64,000 nt of DNA from Camelus dromedarius (Eukaryota). Position 1 is the first letter of the stretch; the number at the start of each line of letters is the position of its first letter. A program made the translations under genes and the position numbers. The notes under the pieces were generated by a model. It was not told the DNA's origin. It saw nothing but the letters and a program-made list of their open reading frames with translations, and searched no databases. Shown here piece by piece: positions 52,030 through 63,810 of this stretch. The stretch lies in NCBI RefSeq assembly GCF_036321535.1, contig NC_087437.1:54500001-54564000 (forward strand). The letters are read 5' to 3'.

Positions 52030-52450
52030 GTGTATTAAGCACCTACTATGTGCTAACACTATTCCAGGTGCAGGGAATAGAACTGTGAACAAAATCAGAC
52101 AAACCTTCTATTTGATGGAGACAGACAACACACAAATCAGTGAGTAAATAATACAATATTTAGGTTGTGATCTCTTTTCAGAAGAAAAATAAAGCAGGTT
52201 AAGGTACTGAGGTATGGAGGAGGGGAGGACCAAGATTTAAAATTCGTTGGTCCGAGAAGGTCTTACTGATAAGAGTACCCAGGAGCAGGGAGCTGAATGC
52301 AGTGAGGCAGCAGTAAGCTGGAGACGAAGGGAGGAAGGGTGTTTCAGACAGAAAGAAAGCAACTCCAAAGGCCCTGAGGCTGAACCATGCATACTTGACA
52401 CATTCCAGACAAGCGAGGAGCCCAGTGTGGCTGGAGTGGAGTGGCTGTGG
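52030..52450 (-). mobile_element. L2a-like 3' fragment
   Basis: TATTAAGCACCTACTATGTGCTAACACTATTCCAGGTGC..TGTGAACAAAA..CAAAGGCCCTGAGGC..GCCCAGTGTGGCTGGAGTGGAGTG. Confidence 0.85.
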
Positions 52451-53876
52451 GGGGAAGCGCAGAAGAGGTCACCCATTGTCATCAAAATAGCTGCAAGAAC
52501 AAATGTTTGTTAAGCACACAGTGAAGGTGCTCAGCAGAAAACTTGCCTTTGTAATTTAAAGAGTCCACAGAAATCTAAGACAAAAGTTATTTCTGGTTCT
52601 CAGCTTCAAGATACAGGGGCAGTGGATGCAGAGCTGGGCAAGTGCCAGGGGGCAGCTCAGGACAAGGCCAGCTGTGGAGATACTGGTTTCCCTCCTGGCT
52701 ATCACCCTCCCGGGCGGAGGACCCTCCTTTCCGAGTCTCTACTCCTGCGTCGGGCGCACCTGCAGGGAGGCTGAGGCCCTGGGTGCAGATGGGCAATTGC
52801 ATGCCTAATCACCCATTCAGGCACCCACTTATTTGTTTTCCACATGCAAATAGGGGTTTTTTGCAGATGGATTTAATATATTTGTTGCTTCCCCATTTTA
52901 TTTAAAACAAAACAAACGACCAACCATGTCAGTTGAGGGCAACAAATAGAAACACGAGTATACCACGGGCTTTGCTGTCCGTGCTGATGACCTGGCTGAA
53001 AGGGGTCCTAGGCAAATCAGTCCTTTCTGCGCTCACGTTTATTTTTATTTTATGGTACTTTCTTAATATCATTGTTGTATACAAATTAAAAAAAATTTTT
53101 CAAGAGGCATGTGGCATTCTTTACCCTAAATCATTTTCTCAATATTTCAGTCTCCGTGTTTTTACTGTGTGGTTACAAATTTCACCTTTTTAGTTTCTGA
53201 ACTTCTGGCCCATTGTTTAAAAAAAAAAAGTCATTATGGAATCTCCAAAGGCCCTTGGCAGGTGGTGCCTACAACTTCTTTAGCCTGGAAATAAACAAAT
53301 AAACAAACACAAATTAGAAGTATTTGCCCCCATCCATGAGCTAATATTACTTATTGTGCAAGATCATGCAAACAGTCACCTCCATCTATCTGGGGGCCCG
53401 TAGGTAGACACCAGTACCAGAGGGAGGACTTTGGAGGCTGTCTGCTTTGATGTCTAATGACATTTCAGACCTCTAGAGCAGGATGACAGAATTGGTAGAT
53501 ACTTTGGCATTTATTGTATCTTGAATGCCTCACTTTACAGTTAGGGAAACTGAGGCCCGGAGAGGTAACATGACTTGCTCAAGGTGTCAGAGAGTAAGAG
53601 GCGGAGATTGGATTGGCCAGCTGGAGTCCTGGCAGGTGACTGCCTCTCTGTGGGGGGCTGAAGAGACTGCTGGAGCCCACGAGGATCTCATCTCAAGGTG
53701 AGGTCTGTGTGTAAATGGTGGCCATATGTCCTATTGTTTTGCTCATAAACTAGTTAAAAATTCCTCTTGGTACCAAATCTTGAGCAGAGAAGCAGTGATG
53801 GAGAATGTGGGTAGGAATTGCTTGAAGCTTGTCTAAATAACAAGGTTGTGGCTTGGATAGGAGGGATATTGGGGTG

Positions 53877-53880
<4 letters not shown>

Positions 53881-53924
<44 letters not shown>

Positions 53925-53938
53925 AGAGAGAGAGAGAG
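53881..53938. repeat. compound microsatellite (TG)21 TC (AG)7
   Basis: Read directly. Confidence 0.97.
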
Positions 53939-54180
53939 GATGGAGATGACCAAACTAAGACGCAGAGGGCAGCCCACTTGGCAGTAGGAACTAAATAATT
54001 AGGCGCAGGGTGTCTGAGTCAGAAGGAAGCCTAAAGCTTATTGAATTGGACTGCTTTATTTTGTAGAAAAGGAAACTGATGTCCAGAGTGGTTGAGAGCC
54101 TTGGCCTCAATCATCCACCTTTAACTGAGTACTTAGAGTATTAAGCCAGCAACACTCTTTGATAGAAACTTTTATTTGAA

Positions 54181-54277
54181 TTGTTTTTTTTCCCCCTTAA
54201 CAGAGGCACTGGGGATGGAACCCAGGACCTCGTGCACACCAAGCATGCGCTCTACCACTGAGCTATATCCCCACCCA
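54181..54277 (-). mobile_element. tRNA-Ala-derived SINE (vic-1-like), short form with perfect 15-bp TSD
   Basis: Antisense head GGGGATGGAACCCAGGACCTCGTGCAC..GCGCTCTACCACTGAGCTATATCCCC. AAACTTTTATTTGAA flanks it at 54166-54180 and 54278-54292. Confidence 0.92.
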
Positions 54278-56647
54278 AAACTTTTATTTGAAGAAGTACC
54301 AATCATTACTATCAAATCATATTGACTAGTTAGCCAGTAGGGCTGCTTACGTGAGAGGAAGCATCTGCCTTCTCAGACGTGGTTTTGGTAGGAGAAGATT
54401 GTCAAGGGCTGTGAGAGTTCCAAGGACAGGTCTTCTCTGTTCTTGCAGACGCGACAAACAGCTACTCAGGTATCAGATGAACGCTTAACCGACCTCCCCA
54501 ACGGCCAGCTTCCAAATGATCCTCTGAAAAAGCTAGGTTTGGAGGTGAAGGCCAGTTAAGTAATGTCTTGAGGATTTTTTTACTTGTGCCTTAGTATAGG
54601 ACCCTTTCACTTTTAAATGTTAAACCCTTGAATACTGGATTATGGGGGATGTATGCAAAGTCCAAGTCGATGTTTTTGGAGGTAGCCGGAGAGTAGGAAG
54701 GTCCGTGTGTATGTAAAGGGCAGACCTGTCAGAATGTGTTGAGAGAGGGTGAACGGATGGTGGCTGCAGGAATGATGAATGGTTCTGGGGACAGCCTTGA
54801 CCCTGAAGGCCCCTAGGAGCCCAGCGTGGTGCGCAAGGGCAGGACTATTGATAGAGCGTGCATTCAGCCTGCTGTGTCTGCTCCGTGCAGGGGCCCTCTC
54901 TGCAGCTGCCCGCCCCGGAGTACTCGCTGCCTTTTTCTCCTGCTGATACTGCGTGGCTTGATGTAAATGCTTCCCACTGTGCGCTGGACAATCTGGACAC
55001 CTCCCACAGCCTCTGGGCCCGTTCACACAAAGTATGTTAGGGGCCGAAGTGGCTCCGTCCATATTCCCGTGTCTTTCTCCCCTCCCCCCTGCGCCCCCCA
55101 CCACACGTATCCACATCTCCCGTTGAGAAAAAAAATCACCCGAGTTGTTTAAAGGTTCTTTTATGTTGATTTGTTTGTATTTAGTCACTCATTTGTTTCC
55201 TGTTGATGTCTCAAACGAATTCACTTTGTGAGACCACATTATAATTGACTTGAATTCTCTTTGGCTCTGTGGTTTTTCTTTTTTGTTTTACTTAAAAAAA
55301 GTATTTTTCCTCCTCTCCTTGGACCTCCAGCTTTCTATAGACAATCTGCTTTTGAGGACTCTTTAGGGAGTTGTTGATTTCGTAGAACTACTAGCATAGA
55401 AGCAATTCGGATGAGAGAATCCCACATTTTACTTGCTTTGTTCGAAACTATTTTTCTTTAGCTTCAAGGAGTAGCAGTGGGGAATAGGGCGTTCTGAAAA
55501 TAAGAAAAATGTGCCAAATGAGTTGCTGATTTCCAGCAAGGCTCATGGAAAAAAGGATTTTATTTCAGTGACCTCTCTGCTCATTGGAAAACTCTGGGCT
55601 GGTGGATTTTGTGACGCCAAGACTGAGTGCTCTCGGGTTACATGAGGGATGAGGGGACATCTCAGGATGGATGATGCTCTCTCACTGGGCTCGGGGGTGT
55701 TATGGAGACCTGCTGTCCTTTGGCACTGACACATCATTTCTTCCAGTTGGGTCATGTTTAAGGAATAGTTCCACCAAAGCCCCAAGTATGTGGAGCACAG
55801 AAGGAATGCACAGCGTTTGAAGAGTCAGCCTGAACACAGGTTACGTTTGAGCATCGCCAGCGGCCAAACTTGATGTGTCCTGGATTTGTTCAACCCATTT
55901 CTTACGTCTAGACACAGACCTGTGTCTTACGCCCCTGCCCCACCAACTCCTGTTTGGTGATGTCTCTATTTGATTCTTCTTGCATTTAGGTCTATATGTT
56001 ATTATTAAAAATAACACTAAGTAAGAGGGCGGCTGAGCTGAGCTCTGACCTCTGCTCTGCCGCAACCACCTGCAGAACTACCCTCAAAATTTTCATTTAT
56101 TCAACAAAAATTTAAATGAGCACGTTTTACACATCAGTTACCTGAGATACAAAAATGTGTAAGACACAGTTCTTACCTTGGCTATTTACAGTCAAGGGTA
56201 GAGGACCAAGTACACAAATAGATCACAAAGTGACTTCTCCTTTCTGGGCCTCCGTCGTAGCTATGGAAGAGCCAGGGCTGGGCAGGTGATGGTCACGGTC
56301 CCATCTGAGGCTTATACGCAAAATTCATGAAACCTCCAACAGTCGCTTATCTAACTAAAAATTGGCAAACATTTCCTCTTTCTCCCCAGTTTATCGGAGG
56401 TGATGCTGAAGATGAATGAGGCAGTATCTACAAAATGCTTTAATAAGCAAGTTGGAAAAAGACATGCTATAAGTTTGAGGCATTATTATTAAGGGGAAAA
56501 TGAAAACAAGGGCTGATGTTTTTAGAGAAAGAACAGATGGTTCCTTTGTTTAGAATTTGAGTATAAAGGAGAGAGAAAAAGAGATACTTGCTATATTGTT
56601 CAGGCCGTGAATGCGAGTGACTTTAAAATGCCAAAACAATCTGGTGA

Positions 56648-56942
56648 GGAAAGTCCCATGGATTCAAAATAGCTCCTACACCGATCAAACTATAATTAAT
56701 TTAACAAAACAAAAATGACAGTAAGAAAAATTCTAATAAGAAATGCCACGGTGACAATCGACAGAACCTAACAAAAAACTCCCATTTCTGCGTCAACTCT
56801 AGAAACTTAATTTTTCTGACGTTTAGGACTTATACCACACACAGCAGAACAAATTAGTGGGAACTGATTTAAAACTGTGTTTCTTTCTAGTCACCCCCGC
56901 CCCTTCGAGTTATTTCAGTTTCCCATGACTCATAAAGGAAAT
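56648..56942. promoter_or_regulatory. candidate inducible enhancer (NF-kB, GC box, IRF, AP-1 motifs)
   Basis: GGAAAGTCCC 56648-56657; CCCCCGCCCC 56894-56903; TTTCAGTTTC 56913-56922; TGACTCA 56926-56932. Motif evidence only. Confidence 0.35.
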
Positions 56943-57268
56943 GTTCAGGATTCACAAGAAATTGGCAGTCCTCTCCCACCTTTGCTGTTGGATCTTAGGA
57001 GAAACACTGTATGAGTTGGGGCCATTGAAAGGGAGAGCAAACCTCCGGGGCTGCGGGGCGGTGTTGCAGAAGGCAGGGTCTGGGAGGGCTCTTTGAGAAA
57101 CTTGTGGGCAAAGAGTTGTGAAATGGTTTCTTTCTCTCTTCCTTTCTTTCTTAATTTCTTATGATCTGTCTTTGCAATCCAGTTAATTCCTGTATCCTTT
57201 TGGTGTGATCCTTGCCCTTTTGTTGCCTGTCACTTTTTTAAGAGGATTTAAAATTTTCTTTGACAGTG

Positions 57269-57464
57269 TTTTTTTTTTTTTTTTTGAGGGGTAAGTAATT
57301 AGGTTTGTTTACTTATTCATTTGTTTTATATATATATATATATAACAAATATATATTATTAAATATTAAATTAAAAAATATATTTTTAATGGAGGTACTG
57401 GGGATTGAACCCAGGACTTCGTGCATGCTAGCACGCGCTCTACCACTGAGCTTTACCCTCCCCC
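57269..57464 (-). mobile_element. tRNA-Ala-derived SINE (vic-1-like), long-tail form with expanded AT linker
   Basis: Poly(T), GTAATTAGGTTTGTTTACTTA tail, (TA)n linker, then GGAGGTACTGGGGATTGAACCCAGGAC..GCGCTCTACCACTGAGCTTTACCCTCCCCC. Confidence 0.9.
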
Positions 57465-59099
57465 ACTGCCACCTGTCACTCTTGAGTTGACAAAAAATGG
57501 GGGCTGTGAGATTGATGTCTTAAGCCACCAGGCCGTTCACCTCCTCTTAGCAGCCAGCTTGTGTGATAATACCTTCCAAACAATGATGACTGCAGAGTAA
57601 ACCTAATAATAAAAAAAAAAAAGACTGTTTCTTTCTCCAACCCCTATATTTCTTGTAGGTCAAAATAACTGCTTTTGGGTGTGCCCTGCTTTAAAAAAAT
57701 CAAATAATGGTAAATATATCAAGCTACTCTTCCTGTTTTCCTTTGTCCATGAAATCTTAATATGTTAGGGAAACAAAGATTTCCGTTATATGACTGTAAT
57801 TGTTGAAATGTTTATTCAAAGTTTTCCATTTTTAAAAAAAATTGGCTGATACCATAAAATAGTGTGACATGATGTGAGGATTTTTCTAGTGGGGAAATGA
57901 CTTCATGTATCCCTTGGAGTTCTATCTGCTTATTAATTATTTTGTCAATCTCGAGTAAATTTCTTTATCCCTTGTCATTTCTTTATCTCTAAAATGAGTA
58001 TCAAACAAGTTGGTCTCCACAACTTTTATTTTTTTCATTAACATTAAATCCATGGTACCTGGGAGCTTTGGGAAAGGACAGATATTTCTAGGCATCTATT
58101 CATTGTTCTGACCTTTAAGTAGAATGATGACTGGTAAACCCATGTAATCATCAAGCTCAGTAACTTTCAGAGGCCTCGAGGAAGCAGACACCTTGCACTC
58201 CATTGCATTAATTTGTTTGTGATTAACATCCTCTGCCCTATCTCATTTTCCAGGCTCATGCTTTGAAATGTAATTATTGGGTATTCTTTTCTTCTTGCAC
58301 TAAATCTCTTGCTCAAAGTTACTCTATTGACATCTTATGGCTTTTCTTTCATTTTCCGGCCTTAGCTGAGCGCTTTTGGGGTCTCAGCCTCCTTTGCTAG
58401 AGGTTAGTGAACCAAGACCTGAAGAGGGGACTCTGATTGTCTCCCGTCACCTGGACAAACTAGAACAGGAACTACATTCAGCCTATACGTAAGACCCAAC
58501 AGGAAAGCCTCTGACTTTCAGAAATCACAGAGGCGTGTTGGTGTGGAGTGTGGAGCCCGAGTGTGACTAAGCTCAAATCACTTGAGCTTTCTGAGCCTCA
58601 TTGATCCATCTGTGAAATGGGGGTAATTCACCTCTTTTCTGCATGAAGTGGGGAGGGAGGGTGTGCAGATGACTTCTGGAGAGCTCTTCCTACACTGGGA
58701 TCTGTGATTCTGTGAGCAAGTACCACACCCAAGGTACTAGTTGCCAGTACTGGTTGAGTGGCGGAAAAACAGTTGAGGCTAGTTTTAGAGCCTTAGCCTG
58801 TTTCTAGGCTATAAGGTAGCAGAGCAATACCTTTGAAAAGTTAAGGAATACTTTTATGTATTACATAAGGAAGTTGATAAAAACTGATATTCTCATATGT
58901 GAAGTACCTTAAAATTGATCACTTTTTCTTCTTATAGACTGGTGAAACTGGTTTGTCACTTTTGCCATTTTATTTTTGTGGAAACTGAGAGAAATAATAT
59001 GATGCTATCAGTGTCAGTCTAAGGGCGCTGTCAAGCAGCAGATGGTTGAAGTTTTTCCTAGAGCTTAGCTGCTGCAGAGGAGTTTTGAATCTTCCAGTC

Positions 59100-59240
59100 C
59101 AGTGGTTTGCAAGTCTGGCCACCTATCAAAATCTCTGGAGGAATTAAAAAAAAAAAAAAATGCTTTGCCCCTAAGCTGCTCACCTGAATTAGAATGTCTG
59201 ACCTTCATTCTTATTTTAAAGCTCTTGGGAGAACCATTGA
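59100..59240. mobile_element. MER5-like hAT element
   Basis: CAGTGGTTTGCAAG..AAATCTCTGGAG..TGAATTAGAATGTCTG..TTTTAAAGCTC..GAGAACCATTG. Confidence 0.65.
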
Positions 59241-59661
59241 TCTAGTCTTGATCTCCGATCTGTGTCTTGGTGGTGTTTTGGTAAACGTCTCTCTCCCTGG
59301 GCCGTACTTCCGGACTGTCACACCCCTGACACCCAAGGGAAACTGCTGGATGGCCAAGAATTTCACCCAAACAACGCGAGCACACTAGAAACTCTACTAA
59401 GAGGCTTATAAATTCTGTGAGGCCTTGAAATAAATGTGCAAAGGATGAGAAGGAGTTAACATTTTTTACATTGAGACGTGCCTTCTTTTATGCTTCTAAG
59501 AACGTTTAAAACGATTGCAAGGAATATATTTCATTGCTTTAATTGTTCAAGTTCTTTTTAAAGTATGTGCAATAAAATACCATTTAAGCTAACTGACCTT
59601 TATATTTTAATGCTTTTTGGAAAGGAACAATCCCTAGTATTCAGCTGCAGTATAATTTTTA

Positions 59662-59666
<5 letters not shown>

Positions 59667-59698
<32 letters not shown>
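59667..59698. repeat. (AT)16 microsatellite
   Basis: Read directly. Confidence 0.97.
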
Positions 59699-59701
<3 letters not shown>

Positions 59702-60529
59702 CTTTTTTTCAGTTAGGGAGCCTGTTTTGGAATAAGAGGGCTGAGAGTTCTGCTGCCTTCCCAGATACTTTACCTGTTTCTGCTTAAACCTCAAGTTCTA
59801 TTTGGTTGATGGTTCTTGACCTCATAATGTCTAACCTTCATGTCTCTTTTTTTCCTTTCCAAATTTATCTGGCAAGGAAACTTCAAGGCCTGATTCACAT
59901 TTTTTCCTTCTTCTGGGAAGTTCAGGTGTGTAGTGGAAGACAGCGCATGTGACCTAATCCATCCTTGGACAAAAGAGTGTTCCCTGCCCCACCCCTCCAT
60001 GCATTTGGTGATACTTAACCTCAAAGGCCACAGCTGATAGATTTTTAAAAATTGATGCTGGCTATTACATTGTTAGGTATAGCTCATCTTCCAATTCTAA
60101 ACTTGCTCTTTCTAGAAGGGAAATAGTACTCGGATTGCAAATGTGGTGAACTGGAATTTCAGAGGCTTGCATTGACCTACAAATCTTGTAATTGTAGCCC
60201 TGGTTACATATACACTGTGGCCTTAGACATGGCAGGTATTGTTTACACCAAGGAGTTTTAGAAGAATAAATTGTATTTTTTCATGTTAGGAAATTAAATT
60301 ATACAAAATTCTCTGGGTAGCTATAAAACATATGTTCATATAAGTATTATGTGGAATAAAGTAGTTTGGGCTTAATTTATTTATTAATTTCAAATCCTAT
60401 TAGAAAATAGAGCTACTTCTTAATTGCTATATTTTTTCTTCTCTTTTTTAGTGTTTTTTTTAATTTAATTTTTTACTGTGATTTCAAACATAAAAAGAAT
60501 AAGAATAGACCAAATAATACTTATATGCT

Positions 60530-61170
60530 TTAAAATTAAAAAAAAAATTTTTATTGAGGTAGAGTTGATGTACAATATTATGTAAGTTTCAGGTATACAA
60601 CATTGTGATCCACGATTTTTAAAGGTTATACTCCATTTATAGTTCTTACTAAATGTTGGCTATTTTCTCTGTACTATATAATATATCCTTGTAGCATTTT
60701 ATATATAGTAGTTTGTACATTGCAACCCTTTACCCCTATCTTGTTTCTTCCCCCTTCCCTCTCTCTACTGGTAATCACTAGTTTGTTCTCTGTATCTGTG
60801 AATCTGTTTCTTTTTTATTACATTGACTGGTTTGTTTTATTTTTTAGATTCCACATATAAGCGATATTATACAGTATTTGGCTTTCTCTGTCTGACTTAT
60901 TCCATTAAGCATAATATCCTCCAGATCCATCCATGTTGTAGCAAATGGCAAAATTTCATTCTTTTTTATGGCTGAGTACTATTCCATTGTATATGTACAC
61001 CACATCTTCTTTTTCCAGTCATCTGTTGATGGACACTTAAGTTGTTTCCATATCTTGGCTATTGTAAGTAATGCTGCTATGAACATTGGGGTGTGTATAT
61101 CTTTTCAAATCAGTGTTTTTATTTTCTTCAGGTATATACCCAGGAGTAGAATTGCTGGGTCATATGGTAG
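60530..61170 (-). mobile_element. 5'-truncated LINE-1 (3' UTR plus ORF2 end) nested in an older L1
   Basis: TTTATTGAGGTAGAGTTGATGTACAATATT..AGATTCCACATATAAG..GCTGCTATGAACATTGGGG..AATTGCTGGGTCATATGGTAG. TSD AATACTTATATGCT (60516-60529) / AATACTCATATGCT (61171-61184). Confidence 0.92.
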
Positions 61171-61253
61171 AATACTCATATGCTCTTATCAGATGCATCT
61201 GTTGTTGACATTTTATCCCGTTTGCATTCTCCCCCCTCATTCTGTCTTCTTCT

Positions 61254-61291
<38 letters not shown>

Positions 61292-62450
61292 TATATTTTT
61301 TTCCCTACAATATTTTTTCTATAATATTTGAGAAGAAGTCGCACATGTCACTATACATCATGGCTCCCTACCCTTAAGTACAGTGTATATTTTCTAATGA
61401 TAAGGATCATCTCTTCATATTCACATTATAGTTCTCAACTTCAGTACACTTAACACTAATTTAATTCTTTAATCTACTGTTTGTACTCCTGTTTTGTCAA
61501 TTTGCCCACTTAGACTTTTGACAGCATTTTCCCCCTCTAGTGGAGAATCCAGCCTAGGATCAGCTAGTGCATTTAATTGTCATGTTTCTTTAGTCTTTCT
61601 TGATCTGGGGCATTCCTACAGCCTTTCTTCTTCTTTTATGGCATTGCCATTTTTGAAGAATACAGTGCCCCCTTTTAAGAATGTAATAGTCCTCATTTTG
61701 TGTTTGTCAGTTGTTTCTTCATGTTTAGATTCTGTTATACACGCCCCCCAGAATCCTGCATACGTGATGTAACCTCCTCAGGAGTCATAGCTGGAGGCTC
61801 GCGATGTTGATTTTGACCACCTGGTCAAGGTGGTGTTCAATTTCTCCACCATATGGTTACCCTTTTCCCCTTGCAATTATTAAGCATCCATGAGGAGATA
61901 CTTCATTCTTGTTCCTCATCAAAAATTTCCTCGAAATTCTTGTCTAAACCACTCTTTACTATGATGGTTTCGCATCTTTAGTGCTTCCTTCGTGTTTATT
62001 TTTTATTCAGCACTGTGTTCTACTCTAAGACTCCTTCTTGTCTCTTTCTCTCTCGCTCTCGCTTGCTCTCTGTTTCAAGTGTATGAACTCCAGATTTCTA
62101 TTTCAATCTTGCATAATTCCTAGTGCTATGCAATTATTTTGATGCTCAAATTGTCCCAGATTATTCCAGTGGGAGTCCCTTCAAGCAAAAATTCTGGGTC
62201 CTTGTGGTATGTCCCCATCTTTGTTGTTGTTAGTACTTACTCATCTCCTGGGATAAAAAGATGTCCTAGTTTGATCTTGTATCTTTTCTGCCTGAGCCTG
62301 AAATCAATCATTTCTTCAATATGTCCTGGTTCTTTTTAGTGGAGGATGGTATTAAGGACCAGTATTTGAGTACTAGGTGTGCTCATGGCTCCCGTGGTGC
62401 CTTTGATCATAGGCTCTTTCAGTGGCCAGAGCCGAGAAATTTTACACATG
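61171..62450 (-). mobile_element. older L1 3' UTR (L1MC/L1MD-like); its 3' end continues at ~60445-60529
   Basis: ACATCATGGCTCCCTACCCTTAAG..CAGTGTATATTTTCTAA..GCATTTAATTGTCATGTTTCTTTAGTC..ATTTTGATGCTCAAATTGTCCCAGAT..TACTAGGTGTGCTCAT. Confidence 0.8.
61257..61286. repeat. (AC)15 microsatellite
   Basis: Read directly. Confidence 0.95.
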
Positions 62451-62835
62451 AAAGTACATAGGCATATGCGTGTATATATAAAACAGCTTCATATACATAT
62501 ACTTGTACTATATGGATGTGTATACATATATGTATAGGCAAATAATAATAATGATGGTAATTATTATTATTATTATCATACACTCCCCAAAACAGACCTT
62601 CTAAAAGGAGTTCAAGGTTTGCTTGTGATCCTCTCCCCCAACCAACCTCACTGTTTTTTTTTAATTGACGTATAGTTGATTTACAGTGTTGTGTTTCACT
62701 GTTTTCTTGATTATCCTTCCTGTGTTTCTCATATTTCTTTTTTTCCTTAAACAAAAGGTAACATACTATATATATATATGTCTATATATACACACACACA
62801 CATATATATTCTTCTGTACTTTGCTTTTTGAGAAT

Positions 62836-63000
62836 TCTTTCTCTCTTCCTCCCTCTTTCTTTAGAACATCCTTCTTTCCTTCATTCCTTCCTTCTGTCTT
62901 TCTCTCTCTCTTTCTCCATCTCTTTCCTTCCTTCCTTTTTTCCATCTTTCTGCCTTCCCTTCTTTCCCTTTTTCTTTCTCTCTATCTGTCTATCTCTTTT
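62836..63000. repeat. pyrimidine-rich low-complexity tract (TTCC/TC/TCTA-like)
   Basis: About 165 bp of nearly all C/T on the plus strand. Confidence 0.9.
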
Positions 63001-63009
63001 ATACAACTG

Positions 63010-63810
63010 ATCTCCTATACTGGATGGTTGAGTAGTTTACTGCAATGAATAATATTATGCACATTTATTTTCATATTGTTGGAGGTGTATCTTCAGGCTG
63101 TATTCTTAGAAGTGGGAATGCAGGGTCAAAGGCAAATGTTTTGTTAGGTAAGCAGGGCCCTATTCCTCTCCATGGGGTGTCACGCCAGCATCCTCAACCT
63201 TTGAGTGTACTGCTTAGTTTTTGGATTGCTGCCAATGTGATGGGTGAGAAATGATATCTCAGTGTAGTTTCAATTTGCATATATCCTCTTACGAATGGAA
63301 TTGAGTATCTTTTCATGTGCTTAAAGACCATATTTGTTAATTTTATAAACTTAATATTCTGTCCATATCTTTTGCTCATTTTTTCCATTTGAATTTTGGT
63401 CTTTTTTCCCTTAAAAAAACCCCTGTAAATTAGCCTTTAATTTATGAAATATATTATAAATATTTTCTCCCAATGTATTTGATTTTTGACTTTGTTTACA
63501 GTGCTTTTCTTTCTTTGTCATGATAAAAGGCAACATTTATTTTTATATAGACACATTTAACAATCTATTCTTTTATTGCTTCTCTTCTTTGATCATAGTT
63601 AGAAAGCATTTCCTGACACCATGTCACTCGTGTTACCTTCTATACCTGTATGGTTTCATTTTTTATATCTAGATCTCTGATTCATTTGCAGTTTATTCTT
63701 GTATATGATGTGATGAATGGATGTAATTTTATCTTTATCCAAATGGCCATCTAGTGTCCCAACATCAGTTAGTGAGAAAATTCTTTGACTCTGTGATTTG
63801 AGCTTTTTAA
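63010..63810 (-). mobile_element. ancient L1 ORF2 C-terminal remnant (non-functional)
   Basis: ORF 63194-63388(-) reads KHMKRYSIPFVRGYMQIETTLRYHFSPITLAAIQK, resembling the L1 ORF2p segment [35 protein letters not shown]. Confidence 0.85.

Noticed and set aside
52642..52656. CTCF-like GTGCCAGGGGGCAGC
   Set aside because: Lacks the conserved 5' CC of the core motif; not supportable without ChIP data.
1629..55188. Longest ORFs in the track (1629-2177, 2026-2595, 4011-4586, 9966-10478, 27117-27695, 54640-55188)
   Set aside because: No recognisable domains, many non-ATG starts, overlap with decayed repeats or homopolymers, and a composition typical of chance ORFs.
60968..61324. 118-aa plus-strand [18 protein letters not shown]..
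   Set aside because: Antisense reading of the L1 ORF2 end running into an (AC)n repeat.
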